Notes: generated by a model not told the origin, from the letters alone. A DNA stretch of 64,000 nucleotides from the human T2T-CHM13v2.0 reference genome, Homo sapiens (GCF_009914755.1 NC_060937.1); one strand, 5' to 3'. Counted from the first letter of the stretch, positions 45,131 through 61,330 are shown. A program made the numbers and translations.

Positions 45131-45437
45131 TAATGGGGAGGCCACTAAAATTCACCCCAGGATCTCGAGTCCTGGTACAGGAGGCAGAGAAGAGGTTGGT
45201 GGCCCACATTCGGTCTTCCAGGCTTGCCTGGATTCATTACCAGGAGCAGACTGGTCCATGCACAGTTGAGACAGAGGAAACCTGGGGTCCCGGGAGTGGC
45301 TCTTTGAAGCCTGTTTATGATACTTGCTCCTCCCTCTTTTTCCCACCATCTCATTTCTCCATTTCCCTAGAATGGCCTTTTTTATGGTCCAGGATTATCC
45401 TTTAAGTACCAAGTCGTTTATTAATAATTTAATATAG

Positions 45438-46169
<732 letters not shown>

Positions 46170-46763
46170 GCCTAGAATCTCCTTGTCCTGATAGAAATAA
46201 TGCCTTTAGGAGCAGGAGTTGATGGTAAAATGAGAAAAAATGGTGGGTGCCAGGGGCACAAACACACATAGGTGTTCATGTTTGAAGCTAGGGTTTTTCA
46301 GAAGGGAAAGAATGAGGGAGAGAAAGGAGAAGAGGGAGTTGGCCACCCTGAAAGTAGGTAGTTGGAACTCAGAGGTGAGAAGGGGACAGGGGAGCTGCAT
46401 GTTCCTCAGGGACCTGGCCTCTCTAAGGGAGGCCTCTCTGAGATGACCCATCCTCAGGTGGGGATGGCCATGAAGAGCTAACCACTGAGGACCAGGGCCA
46501 GCAGGGTCAGGTGATGGCTCCTTAGGGTAAGTGCAGCTCCAGACAGGCAGATGCCTCTGAAGGATGACTCTAGTCTGGTGGAGGTCCCTGCAGGTGATAG
46601 AGCCACAGCCCCAGGCAGGTGAGGACCCACTTCAAGCACAGCCGAAGTGACCTCCAGGACACACGTGGCAGGATGCAATACCCTTTCACCCTGGACTCTT
46701 ATATGCCCCTGGAAAGGAAAGGGGGCCAGGCCACTAGTGATAATGGATTTTCAGCCATGATAG

Positions 46764-47470
46764 TGAAACCACCTTTGCAAAAATGGTATCAGTGATCTGC
46801 AGTAACCCACCATCCATCTTGCCTTTCCTTTTTTAATTATCCCTGGGCTTTTGGGGCAAGCTAACTTTAAGAGACATTTAGGCTGTAGTTTACATGATAA
46901 TAGGCCTCCGCCAAAACTCATCTGCTTTTGTAAAGCCAATGGGAGGCCATCAGGCTGTGTGGAGGAGGGGAGCTGGAGTCCTGCTAAGGCGCAGAGACAA
47001 ACGATTGTCAGCCATGTTCCAGAAGTTATAAGATATGCACCTTCTCCGATTATGCCTTCAGATAACACCACTATTGTAGATCGGCCTTTTGAGATACCTT
47101 TCCAGGGTTTTTTGTTTGTTTTTTGTTTTTTGTTTTTTTGCATATCTGACATCCATGGTCTCACCTGGACCCCTAACCTCACTCCTGTGGCCCCATGCAG
47201 AAGAGGTTCAGCACACCAGAGGGCAGCCTCCACCCCTTATGATTTCGTCTCCACCCCAACCAATCAGCAGCAAGCCTAGCCTCCCCCAACCCTTCCGGAA
47301 ACTGCTTTTGAAAAACCCCTAACCTGCTAGCTTTGAGACAAGACGATTTGAATACTAACTCTATCTCCCACGTAGCATGGCCAGCCTTGTGTCTATTAAA
47401 CACTTCCTTTACTGCAATGCTGCGGTCTTTCTCTATGCACTGGGCAGGAGGAACCCCTCTGGTGGTTACA
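46764..47470 (+). mobile_element. LTR8-related (LTR8B/LTR51-like) ERV1 solo LTR
   Basis: tgaaaccacctttgcaaa...ccaaccaatcagcagc...ggtggttaca; near-TSD atag/ttag. Confidence 0.8.
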
Positions 47471-47639
47471 TTAGCCGGTGGAGATCCTGCTTTCCCCAAG
47501 GGTTCCAGAGCAACTGACACTTGTTCCATGCATCTAGGACCCAAATTCATCTCCTTGTCCCAGTGTTTTCCTACAGGAGAATCACACAGAAGTCTCTCAC
47601 CTTATGACATTCCTTTAAATGTCTGAAGATAATCAGGAG

Positions 47640-47800
47640 AGTTTCGTGGACTTTTGGGGTGGGGAAAGTTCTCTAAATTGTCTGAAATGATTATAAAATT
47701 ATTTTCATTTGCATATATACATTTTTCTGGGAAGGGCAATTTATACACTTGATAAGGTCCTTAAAGGAGTTCTGACTTAGAAAATACCATGTCACTGTAC
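47640..47800. mobile_element. MER103-like hAT remnant
   Basis: catttttctgggaaggg...cttaaaggagttctgacttagaaaa. Confidence 0.4.
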
Positions 47801-48819
47801 TACAGTGAAAAGGTCCTTTAGGGAAAATTGCTTGCTTTCTAGTCCACCTGCTTCATTTGTGTACTCAGTCATTCACTCACAATGTGTTCACACAAGACCT
47901 CCCATCCTTCAGGCCCTGCAGCTCCAATTGGGATATTCCCCCATGAGCGCTTCTCATCTCTAGTCTCTGTTCCTCCAACTGGGTGTCAGTCTACGTGTTT
48001 TCATCACAGCTCCCCTCATTACTCTCTCCCTCTTAAAGCCTCACCACAAACATCAAAGCAACAGCAGGCTCTGGATAAATTGCAATTTTCCACTTTCTCT
48101 CGACCTGTCTCCACTTCCACCCCAAGAACTCCTTGAGGCTTCTTCTCAGAAAATAACCCTGGTGAGGCATTATTGCATGACTCCTCTTCCAAGGACTGTT
48201 TGCAGTTTTATTGATGATCCTGGGAAGAATAGAACATCTTCTGCCGTTAGTAATGCATTGCTGTTGATGATACAGAGGCCCATTGAGGCCTGGTGAGACA
48301 CGGGTGGAGGAACTGATTTGGATGAGAGTGGAGCCCACCTCAGAGCACAGGGCAGTCTTCCTTCCCTTGGGGGTGGCCCCATGGCCTGGGCCTCTATTGC
48401 TCCACAAGCACCTGCTGCCCCAAGCTCCTTACTTGCCCGGCCAACGTAGCTTTTCTAACCATACCTTTGCCTATGCTGTGACCCCTTCCTGGGAGGCCTT
48501 CTTTCCATTTCTGCTCACTCAAAGCCTTTTCTCAATTTCTCACTCAAGTTCTACCTCCTCTCTGAGTCCCTGAGCAGGACCTCTACCCACAGTGTGTCTC
48601 TCCCTCCCCAAAGGCCACAGGACTTCTTCACTTTCACAGCATCCTGTATCCTCCCTCACTTTCATAGCACATGTTTTGCACATAGTCACTTATTTTCTTG
48701 AATTCTCTGTTTTAAAAGAATGGTCTTACTTTCCCTAATGAAATTACTAACTTATTCTTTTTTTTAATTATTTTTTTCTGGATGCTTTCTTCATCATTGA
48801 GATTTCTCTGGTTTTAAAA

Positions 48820-49930
48820 CTTTTTTTTTAGTAAAAAGATATCATGAACAAGATACATGTAATTCATAATGCAAGTACTAAAATCCAAAAAGCCACATGA
48901 TTGTAATCCTTTTCCAGTTATCCCAGTGCCTTTCCAGCTTAAATCTGAAAGCAAATTTCCTTTAGAAGAGGCTATTAATCACTATTATTTTCAAATATTG
49001 TTGTGTTTGCTCTAAAGTCCTATTAATTCACCATATACTCACAAGTCTCCAATATTTCATTGCAAACTGAGAAAGTTACCAGGACAAAAAAATTATGCTG
49101 CCTCTGCAAAAGCTGTCATACTTAGCACCCCATTCTGACTGGGAGAGCTAAAATCAAGGGGCAGTTTTCTTTCCAAACACTATTGTACTAACAGTCAGCT
49201 TGGTTATAGAAGATAAGTAATTTCAAATACTTGAGACAATGTTAAATGCAGAATTGAGATTCCAAATTTCCATTCATTTATGCTTTATGTTATAGGTTTT
49301 AAAAACTGCCCTGCCTCGGGTTATGAAATGTTAGGTCGACACACGAGACTGTCAAATCCTCCAATAATTCAGTAGCCTGCTATGTTTTAGTTGAACAGAA
49401 AAACAACCAATACTTGATTTTACCTCTTAAGAAACTCTCACCCTACCTAAATCGGAAAATAAATGGGGTGAAGTCTGTAATGGTTAGCTTTATGTATCAA
49501 CGTGTCTAGGCTATAGTACCCAGTTATTAAATCTAACACTAATCTAGGTGTTGTTGTGAAGACATTTTGTACATATGGTTATATTTACAACCAATTGTCT
49601 TTAGGTAAAGGAGATTAGCCACAATAATGTGTGTGGTGCCTCATTCAAAAAGTTGAAGGCCTTAATAGCAAAAACCAAGGTGTCCTGTAGAAGAAAAGAT
49701 TGCATCATTAACTCCTACCTTAGTTTCCAACCTGCTGGCCTGTCCTACAGATTTTAGAGTTGCCAGCCCCCACAATTGTGTGAACCAATTTTATAAAGTA
49801 AATTACACACACACACGGACCCTGACTAATACGAAGTAGAATTCTCTCCCTCTAATCCTCCTTCTAAGAATTATAAAAATATCTGCAAATATTTTAATAA
49901 AAATATTCACCTAGATTGTACAGGAAAGGA
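48820..49930 (-). pseudogene. Probable processed-pseudogene fragment of the HNRNPA3 distal 3' UTR (non-coding), interrupted by MLT2D
   Basis: Minus-strand segments GCTCTCCCAGTCAGAATG, ACTTTAGAGCAAACAC and TTTAAGCTGGAAAGGCACTGGGATAAC resemble the HNRNPA3 3' UTR as I recall it; ends in an A-run (T-run 48821-48829 on plus); not database-verified. Confidence 0.55.
49476..49833 (+). mobile_element. MLT2D-like ERVL solo LTR
   Basis: tgtaatggttagctttatgtatcaac..ctaggctatagtacccagttatt...ccctgactaatac; 5-bp near-TSD aagtc/aagta. Confidence 0.88.
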
Positions 49931-49936
49931 TTGTAC

Positions 49937-51382
49937 AAATGGCAGATTTAAGGTCTAATATATCAATGACTACATTAAATGTAAATGGTAAATACACCAA
50001 TTAAAAGACAGGGATTGGTGGAATTAATCAAAAAACAGGTTCCTACTATCTGCAGTCCACAATAAATTTACTTCAACTATAACTATATAGGTAGGATGAA
50101 AGTAAAAGGATAGGAAAAGATACATTATGCAAACAAAAGAAAGCAGGAGTGGCTATACTATATCACGTAAAATAGACTTCGGAGCAAAAGAAATAACCAG
50201 AAACAGAGAGACATTATATAATAATAAAAACAGTCAATCCACCAAGAAATCACAGCAATCCTAAATGTGTATGCAGTAAACAACAGGGCTTCAAACTATG
50301 TGAAGCAATAACTGACAGAAATAGACAAAGTCACAATTACAGTTGGAGACTTCGATGTCTGTCTTGGAAAAATTAACAGAACAATTCAGCAGAAAACCAG
50401 CAAGATGTGTAAGAACTCAATGACATCATTGACCAACAGGTTGATGACATTTATAGAAGAGTCTACCTAATACCAGTAGAATACACATTTGTTGCAAGTG
50501 CTCATGAAACATATACCATGATAGACAACACCTAGGCCATGAGAGAAACCTTTAAGGAATTTGAAAGAATTGAAATCATGCAGAGTGAGTTCTCCAGCTA
50601 TAATAGAATCAAACTAGACATAACCGTAAGATAACAGAAAAATCATTAAACATTCGGAAACTAAACAACACACTTCTAAATCTATGAATCAAAGAGGGAG
50701 TCTCAGGGGAACTTTAGAAATATATTGAATGAAAATGAAAATACAACGTATAAAAATTTGTGAAACACAACTAAAACAGTGTTGAGAGGAAAATTCATAG
50801 CACTGAATATATACATTAGGAAAGGAGAAAAAGTCTGAAATCAATAATCTAAGCTTCTGTCTCAAGAACCTAGAAAAAAGAAGAGCAAAACAAATTTAAA
50901 GCAAGCAGAAGGAAATAATAAAGACAAGAGCAAAAATCAATGAAATTAAAACTAGAAAAACAATTTTTAAAAATCAATGAAACAAACAGCTGTCTCTTCA
51001 AGAATATCAGTAAAATTGGCAAAAAAAATTCCCTTCTAGCAAAACTGACAGAGAGGAAAAGGGAAATACACAGGTTACTTATATCAGGAATGAAACAAGA
51101 CCCTGCAGATATCAAAAAGGTATTAATGGAATAATATAAGGGAATACTATAAACAACTGTAAACACACATAAATTTGACAGCTTACATGAAATGACCTAA
51201 TACCTTGAAAAAACACATACTCCCACAAGTTAATATAAAATAGATAATTTAAATAGTCATATAACTATTAAGAAAATTGAATTCATAAGTCAAGTATTCC
51301 CAAAAAAGAAATTTACAGGACCAGATGGTTCCACTGGAGAATTTTACTAGACATTTAAAGATTTAGGACCAATTCTATACAG
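49937..51382 (+). mobile_element. L1M ORF2 5' (endonuclease) region, decayed
   Basis: acattaaatgtaaatgg, aaagcaggagtggctatact and cagttggagacttc; remnant KINETNSCLFKNISKI. Confidence 0.9.
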
Positions 51383-51522
51383 TAGATTTCTCCAGATTTT
51401 TCTACGTAGACAATTATGTCTTCTGCAAATAGAGACAGCTTTGCTTCTTTCTTCCTGATCTATATCTTTTATTTCCTTTTCTTGCCTTATTGCACTGACT
51501 AGAACTTCCAGCACTACATTGA
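51383..51522 (-). mobile_element. L1 ORF2 RT fragment, inverted relative to its neighbour
   Basis: Translates VVLEVLVSAIRQEKEIKDI (L1 consensus IVLEVLARAIRQEKEIKGI). Confidence 0.88.
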
Positions 51523-52471
51523 CACACATAGTCCCCAGGAGAACCAGAAAATGGGTCCTGAGGGAGCAAAGACAAGGCTCCAGTCACTGGGATACGTAGC
51601 AGGTTACTTGGTAAACATTTGCAGAATGAATGTCTAGTGTTCACGTCTTTCCTGGCACTCCTCAGTATGACCAATCCCATCACCAAAATAAATATCATTT
51701 GCATAGGTCTGGACTTGATGTGTGATGGGACCACAGCAAGGCCAGTTGTAGGGGAGGCCGAAAGTTTAATTCCCAAAAGGCAAAGATGTATTGATTTAGT
51801 TCAGGCAGGTATAGAGATCTGATCTTTCGGAAGCATTATGGCAGTGGACTTTCAAAAAACTCTTCTTGAAACCAGCAAAAGGGTAGACTCACTTTAGTGA
51901 GAAAACATCATACCGCCGCAGCACTCCATCAGCAGCTGTAGCAACCCTCAGAGGATACCTCAGAGTCACTAACGATCTTAAGGAAAATGCAGATTATAGA
52001 GTCCCGTTGAGTCAGAATCACTAGACCTCAGGTCCAGGATGCTACATTCTTAACAAGCTTTATCTCAACTACATTTGGAGAACTTCTGAGTCATAGAATT
52101 GAAGCATGACTCCCCTGCTTCAAGACAGGATTTTGGCATGAGCTAGATTGGACAACCAGGCCCCAGCCAAGAATATGGGATTTGAGGTGGTTTGCAGAGA
52201 GGATGAGTAAGAATTTGAAAGCAGGCATACTGTTGTTGTTGTTGAACGTACTTTGTAGTTGATTTTCTTGAATGTTTTTGTTTCTCCTTGACTTTTTTTA
52301 TATTTTTAAAAATCAATAGATGTTATTTTTAGAATAATTTAAGATTTACAGGCCAATTGAGCAGATAGTGCAGTGTTCCCTTATATCCTCTTCTCCTACA
52401 CACAGTTTCCCCTATTATTAACATCTTGCCTTAGGGTGGTACAATAGTTACAATTAATAAACCAACATTGA

Positions 52472-52784
<313 letters not shown>

Positions 52785-53484
52785 AATAAACCAACATTGA
52801 TACATTATTATTAACAAGTTCATAGTTACATTAAGGTTCACTCTTTGTGTTCTACAGTTCCATAGATTTTCACAAATGCATGATGTCATGTATTCACCAT
52901 TACGGTATCATACAGAAAAGTTTCACTGTTCTAAAAATTCCCTGTGCTTCACCTACTTATTCCTCTCCCTTTTCCCCCATATACCTAGCAACCACTGATC
53001 TTTTTATTGTCTCTATACTGTTGACTTTTCCAGAATGTCATATGGTTGGAATTATTTAGTATGCAACCTTTCAGACTGACTTCTTCCACTTAGCAGTATG
53101 CAGCTGACTTTCTTCCATGTCAGTTTTTGGCTTGATAGCTTATTTTTTTTATTACTGAATAATATTCCATTGTGTGAATGTACTAATTTCTTTATCCATC
53201 CACCTATTGAAGGTCATCTTGTTGGCTTTCAATTTTTGGTGATTATGAATAAAGCTGCTATAAACATTTATGTGTGTAGGTTTTCGTATGGACATGTTTT
53301 CAACTCAGTTGGATTACTGTTGAGGAAAGTGGTTCCTGGATTGTACAGTAAGACTATATTTAGATTTGTAAGAGCCTGACAAACTCTCCTCCATAATGGG
53401 TGTACAATTTTGCATTCCCACCAGCATTGGATGAGAGTTCTTGTTGCTACATATTCTCACCAACATTTGGTATTGTCAGTGTTT

Positions 53485-53751
53485 TTTAAAAAAATATTTC
53501 ATTTTTATTGACAAATAATAATTGTATATATTTATAAGATTCGGTGTGATGGTTCAATACATGTATACATTGTGGAATAATCAAAGCAGGTTAATTGATA
53601 CATCCATCACCTCACATAGTTACTTCTTCATGGTGAAAACATTTAAAATCCACTCTTTTAGCAATTTTGAAATATATAATACGTTATTGTTAACTATAGT
53701 CACCATGCTGTGCAAGAGATCAACAGAACATAGCCCTCCTGGCTAACTGAA
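53485..53751 (-). mobile_element. L1MA-type 3' end nested in an older L1
   Basis: catccatcacctcacatagtta...actatagtcaccatgctgtgc; agtgtttt duplicated on both flanks. Confidence 0.75.
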
Positions 53752-54229
53752 AAGTGTTTTCAGTTTTAGTCATTCTAATGTGTGTAATGTATCTCATTGA
53801 TTAATTTGCATTTCCCTAGTTGAGCATCTTTTTACGTGCTTACTTGCCATCTGTATAGCTTCTTTGGTGAGGTGTCTATTTAGATCTTTTGGTTATTTTA
53901 AAATTAGATTGCTTGTGTCTTATTATAAAGCTTAAAGAGTTAATTGTATATTCTGGATACAAGTCTTTTATCAGATATGTGTCTTGCAAATGTTTTCTCC
54001 AAATCTGTGGCTTGTCTTTTCATTCTCTTAACAGCATATTTTGTAGAGCAGAAGTGTTTAGTTTTAATAAAGTCCAACTTACAATCTTTTCTTTCATTGA
54101 TTGTGCCTTTTGTGTTAATAAGAGCTAAAACTCAATAGGCTTATGTTTTTAATGCAGCCTTTTATATGATTCTGTTGTCTTTTCTATCTTAGAAAATCAA
54201 TTATATGTCTTTTAATTTTTTTGTAAGTG

Positions 54230-54878
54230 GTTACCGTAGAGTTCACAATGTATGTTTACAATGAATCTAAGTTCACTTTCAAGTAATACTACATTGTTTC
54301 ATGGACAGTTCAGTTACCTTAAAACAGACTATCCCAATTCCTCCTTCCCAACTCATAACATTTCTGTCATTCAGTTCACTTAATTATATGCTACAATCAT
54401 CTGTGCCTTCATTTATTCCTTCTCTGACACTCTTCCTTTCTTTATGTAGATCTGAGTTTTTGGCCTGTATAATTTTCCTTCTCTCTGAAAAACTTTTAAT
54501 ATTTCCTGCAAGGTAGGTCTACTGGCAACAAATTCTCTCAATTTTTGTTTGCCTGAGAAAGTCTTTATTTCTCTTTTACTTTTGAAGGATAATTTCACTG
54601 GATACGATCAATACTTTAAATATTTCACCAAGTTTTCTTCTTGCTTTCATGGTTTCTGATGAGAAATCCAATGTAATTCTTACCTTTGCTCCTCTGTTTC
54701 TTTTTCTCCCTCTGGCTTTTTTCAAGATTTTTTCCTTGTCTTTGGTTTTCTGCAGTTTGAATGTAATATGCCTAGGCATAGTTTTTGGCATTAATCCTGG
54801 TTAGTATTCTTTAAGCTTCCTGGTTCTTTGGTTTGGTGCTTGTTGTTCATTCTGAAAAATTCTCCGTCATTATTACTT
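54230..54878 (-). mobile_element. L1M ORF1 C-terminal and inter-ORF region, decayed
   Basis: PRHITFKLQKTKDKEKILKKAR..RITLDFSSETMKARR and KLSFKSKREIKTFSGKQKLREFVASRPTLQEILK match L1 ORF1p. Confidence 0.9.
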
Positions 54879-55230
54879 ATGAGGGATTCAGAGTATGCCA
54901 TCCCAAAATATGCCACTTTGATATAATAATTATTTTGAGTGGAAGGAAATTGAAAAGAAGGAGACAAAAGACAAAATTTCTGCCCTCCCCTTTTCTACCA
55001 GGAAGGGCAGGACAATTTTAATCAGTGATTCTTAATCACTGGAGGCAATACCCAGATACAGCAGCAGAGGAATCTACAAAACAAACTGGCTAAAACAACC
55101 CTTATTTTTCATTAGTTTCCCTTATCTAGTTACTTTGTTACTGTTTGCTGTCCCTAAAGCATAAATCATTTTTCCTTTATCTTGTCACTTTTCTACCAAT
55201 TTATTGTATTTTTTATTAAACTGTTATATA

Positions 55231-56230
<1,000 letters not shown>

Positions 56231-56424
56231 TATAAGCCCAAGTTCTAACCATTCCTTAGAGTTACCCGTCACTGAGTCTCTCCTGCATGTATGTGCACTT
56301 CATGTGTTAACACACTCTTGTTTGCGTTTTCTTGTTGATCTGTCTTTCTCAGTCTAATTTGCAGATCCCAGCTGGAGGATCTAGGAGAATAGGGGAAAAA
56401 GTTGTTTCCTTCCCTGCAACTTTA

Positions 56425-56600
56425 GGCTGAGTTTTAAATCCTGCCTCTGCCACTACTAAATTATGTTGGGCAAGTGATTTAACCGTTTTGAGGCCCAGTT
56501 TCCTTAACTATGTAGTAGATAATATAGCTATGTCTTACAGGATGCAAGGAGGCTGAAAGAACGTCATGCTTTGAGCAGGGCCTGCCACAGAGTGGCAGTG
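56425..56600 (+). mobile_element. MIR SINE
   Basis: aaatcctgcctctgccact...ttgggcaagtgatttaacc...cagtttcctt. Confidence 0.75.
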
Positions 56601-57180
56601 GGGCCTGGTGGTTAGTGAGTGGTGTGGAATGGAGGAAAGTCTGTCATGCCAGGCGGGATGATGGGCCTTGGACATCAGGCTCACAAGACAAAGATACTTT
56701 CAAATCCCTGGCTGCTATGTTAAAACTACTCAGAGTTTCACTCATAGTTGAAACCTAGACTGATGAGGAATTCACTGAAGGGCAGGAGGGCACAGCAGCC
56801 AAGGCCAAAGTGAGCCCTAGAATTGATCCTGGAATCCCGGTGTCTTGGACCTGCCCCAGTCAGTTGACAGGCCCACTGGCAAACCTCAGAGTCTTCCTCC
56901 AGCTTCAAACACATACCTGTGTATCCAGGACAGTCTCACGGCATAAGTTTTAGGAGGGCAGAAGTCAGGATATTCAGCCCCAGCCACAGAACTGGCTTCA
57001 GTGAGGACTGCGTCTCCATGGCCAACAATGTTTTAATGTGATCTAGCCTGGAGATTTGGGGGATCCTTCCTGAAGCTTCTAGCCTGGCCCACTTCTGCTT
57101 CTACCCTAAGACTGTAAAAAAAAATCTCTGAGGCTGAAGGCTGCTACTGCAAGGGGAACAACTCTATTCCTTTGCAAGGG

Positions 57181-57210
57181 CAACAGCTGAATATCCATAT
57201 TCAGCTGTTG
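57181..57210. repeat. Perfect inverted repeat, 14-bp arms with 2-nt spacer
   Basis: CAACAGCTGAATAT-CC-ATATTCAGCTGTTG. Confidence 0.95.
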
Positions 57211-57358
57211 GAAAGGAAAAGGGTTAAATTCATAGTGGTGGAAAAGAAAAAGAAGAAATGAAAATGTAAACAGTTAAAAAATGTTCAGCATCAGAGCCAA
57301 GGTACCCTATCTTCAATGTATCTGTCTTACAACATGAGCTCTAAAAATTGGTCAAATG

Positions 57359-57648
<290 letters not shown>

Positions 57649-57709
57649 AGAGGTCAAATAGGCTTCTTGTCAAAAGATTAACCTTCCTACCTGAAACAAC
57701 GGGACACAG

Positions 57710-58270
57710 ACATGCCACTCTACTTGCCCAAGAGAAATCAAAGCATACATCCATGCACACTCAGTAACATGAATGTATACACTAACTTTTTAGTAATAGC
57801 CAAAAATGGAAATAACGCAAATGTCCATCAGGATGTGAATGGATAAACAAATTGTGGTATATCCATACAAAATAATACTTCTCAGCAATAAAAAGGAATG
57901 AATTGTTGATTCATGCAACAACATGGATGAATTATAAAATATTTATGTGGAGTAAAATAAGTCAGACAAAAGTATAATCAGCAGTATAGAGTTCTTTTAA
58001 ATAAAATGCTTGAAAATGAAACCTAATCCATAGTGACAAAAAACAGAACAGTAGTTGCCTGGGAGTGGTGGGTGGGGTGGAAGTGGTGAATGATAGGGTA
58101 AGATTACAAACAGATGGGGGAAGCTTTAGTGGGCCATAGATATATTCAGTATCTCAATTTTTGTGATGGCCTCACAGGTATGTCCATATTTCAAAACTTA
58201 CCGAATTGTATACCTTAAATATATGTGGTTTATTATAGGTCAAGTTTACCTTAATAAAACTGTTAAAAAA
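57710..58270 (+). mobile_element. L1ME/MC 3' end
   Basis: aatggataaacaaattgtggtatatccatac...aacatggatgaat...aataaaactgtt. Confidence 0.85.
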
Positions 58271-58380
58271 TTTGTTCTTCTTGAAACATTGTTTTTCTTT
58301 TCTTTTCCTATACCTCTACCTTCCTTCTTATCTTACACAGCCTTTTGCTGCTTCCCACTTACAAAAAACATTCAGTTTTA

Positions 58381-58787
<407 letters not shown>

Positions 58788-60239
58788 GAAATGTCATTGT
58801 AGACTCAGAGACATAGACTCTCCTACACTATCATATATTTTTGCAGGGAGTGGTAATTGGCTTGACATTTCTGAAGGCAATTTGCAAATAAGCATTAAAA
58901 GCCTTAAAATGTGCCTAACATTTTGACCCAGTCCATTTTAGGAATTAGCTCTGAGGATACCTTCTATCTTAGGATGTGAGAAAGACGTTCATAAGGATAT
59001 GAATTTCAGTACTATTTATATTTGAAAAAAAAATTGCAAAAGCTAAGTAGAACAATTTGAGATTCCCTAAATAGTTCATAATGTAGTCACACAAACATAG
59101 ATTCTCCAGAAACCAACGTGGAAACAGTTGGGGTGCAAGATGTTGAGTAGGGGTCAACCTCTGCAAGAGGGAGCAGGAGCAACTAGGACAGCTCGAGAAA
59201 ACAGCAGTGCAGGCCTGGCCGAGCCTTGGCTAACCCAAGGAGCTAGGCTGAAGGGGCAGGCTTTGAGACCAGCTCCTCATTCAGTCACTGGATGTGAGCA
59301 AGATCAGAGGCAAGGTGCCCTTGGCCCTGAAGAAGCTATGAGCTGGAGGGGTTTGCTGACCACACCCAACTGAGCCGCATGTCCCTTCTCCAGGGGCAGG
59401 TGCAAGGCGAGAACTTACTCGTCCACTGCCATCCTAAAAGCCCCCTTCCCCAAGTCCCTTTGTTCTTCACAGTCTCTCTTCTGCTTCTATTGGCTCTACT
59501 GACTTTCAGAGTTAGTCTTTTCATGAAGTGTTTATTATAGAAGTCATTTGTAGGGCCCTCTGGAGGGAAAATGCTATTGAAATTTAATTAATGGGAAAGA
59601 CAGTAAGTAAATAAAATGAGGTTCTGGAGAGAATTCAGTGCATGGGAATTACAAGCACATTCACCATAACTTGAATTTGATGGCCTGGAAATTGACAGAA
59701 GGTACAAAAGCAAACCCTGAGAGTGCCCTCCTTTTCTGGCATTCATAGGATGAGCCATTCAAATGAAGTGGGGTTTCTCTCTGGGTTTGACACCATCAAA
59801 ATGGCTTCCTGCTTGCTCTCATCCTCCTGTTTAGATGTGGCTGGAGGCTCAGGGTATGAAAGTGTTTGTGTGTATGGTGTGTGTGTGTGCACGCACACAT
59901 GTGTGTGTACGTGGGGCTGTGTATTACCAAGATCAAAGATACGGGACAGCCCTGTCTCCTCTCTGCCTGGGAAGAGGTAGAATGAGACTCTGGGACCAGC
60001 CAGTAGATGGAACATAGAGCCCATCTGGGAAGAAAGCACAGTGCTATAAACAGTAACATCAAAATTCTGGGTCAGGAAGTAAAAGCTAGAACTATTACAG
60101 AGATGAGCTGCTAATTATGGAGGAAGCCATCGAGCAAGCAGCCGTTTCTGTCCAGATCTCCATTAGAATCTCATTATCAGGTAATGGGTCAAATGTAGAG
60201 CAGTGGCTTGATCATTTAAAATAAATTTTAAAAAAGTAA

Positions 60240-61330
60240 ACAAGCTTTACGAAAACTGGACATTCTGGCTGTGCCAAATATTAGTAATGTGTGGGTCAGT
60301 GATATATTTTATATTGCTGGGGAGAGTGTAAACTGTCAAAATGTTTTGGGAAGTAATTTGGCACGATCTTGTAGAGTTGAAGGTTTGCCTTCCTTACAGT
60401 TCAACAGCTCCAAGAATATACCCTAGAGAAACTCTTGCACGTGTGCCCAGGGAATAATGTGGTCTGATGTTCATAATAACACTGTTAGTAAGTGCAGAAA
60501 ACTATAAACAAATAACTCAAATGTCCATAAACAAAGGAACAGATAAGTAAAATGCAGGAAATTACTTGGCAATACAGTTAAGTGCTGACACATCCTCCAA
60601 TATGGAGCCTTGAAAATATTCTGCAGAGTGAAGGAAGCCAGTCACAAAGGCCACATCGTATAGAATTCCATTGATGTGAAATGTCCAGAATAGAAAAATC
60701 TGTAGAGACAGAAAGTACATTAGAGAGAAAGTAGGTTGTCAGGGGCTGAAGGAATTGCGGAAAGGAGGGGAGTTACTGCTAATGGATACATGAGATTTCT
60801 TATTGGGGTGATGCAAATGTTCTAAAATTGATTGTCGTGATGGTTACTCCACTTCATGAATATCCTCAAAGCCATTGAATGTGTACACTTTAAATAGATG
60901 ACTTGTGTGATATTTGAATTATAACTCAATATAACTATTTACGAAAAAACCCCAAGTGCCCAAGAATAGGAGAATGAATATATTTATTGTGCTGTAGTTA
61001 CATGTGAGAATATTATGCAACAATGGACAATGAATGAATCATAGTCACATTCATCAACACAGATGAATGTTGGTAACATTACCATATCATTAGTTGGTAA
61101 CATTGAGTGAAAAAAGCAAGTCCCAGATAACTACATAGAGCCTGATACTCTCTTTATAAAGTTCAAAAACAAAGCAAAACTAAGTAACATATTGCATAGG
61201 TGAATATATATATATATATATATATTTTTTTTTTTTAAAGCAACCATAGGAAACAAAACAAAGGAATGAATAAGTATGGTAGGTAAAAATGGTCGCTCTG
61301 GGGTGAAGGTGCCAGGGGATGGGGACAAGG
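60240..61330 (+). mobile_element. L1ME 3' fragments with a nested L1MB-type 3' end (about 60570-60950)
   Basis: ccctagagaaactcttgcac; gaagccagtcacaaaggccaca...atgttctaaaattgattg. Confidence 0.75.

Noticed and set aside
51893-51935. Possible 43-nt minus-strand exon ending in AAA|GTGAGT
   Set aside because: The acceptor lacks a polypyrimidine tract and lies in MER5-like sequence; such donors occur often by chance.
55023-55041. Inverted repeat CAGTGATT-ctt-AATCACTG
   Set aside because: Only 8-bp arms and inside an LTR; plausible by chance in 64 kb.
61069-61104. 12-bp direct repeat GTTGGTAACATT with a 12-nt spacer
   Set aside because: Two copies only, inside decayed L1; a simple local duplication, not a CRISPR or array.
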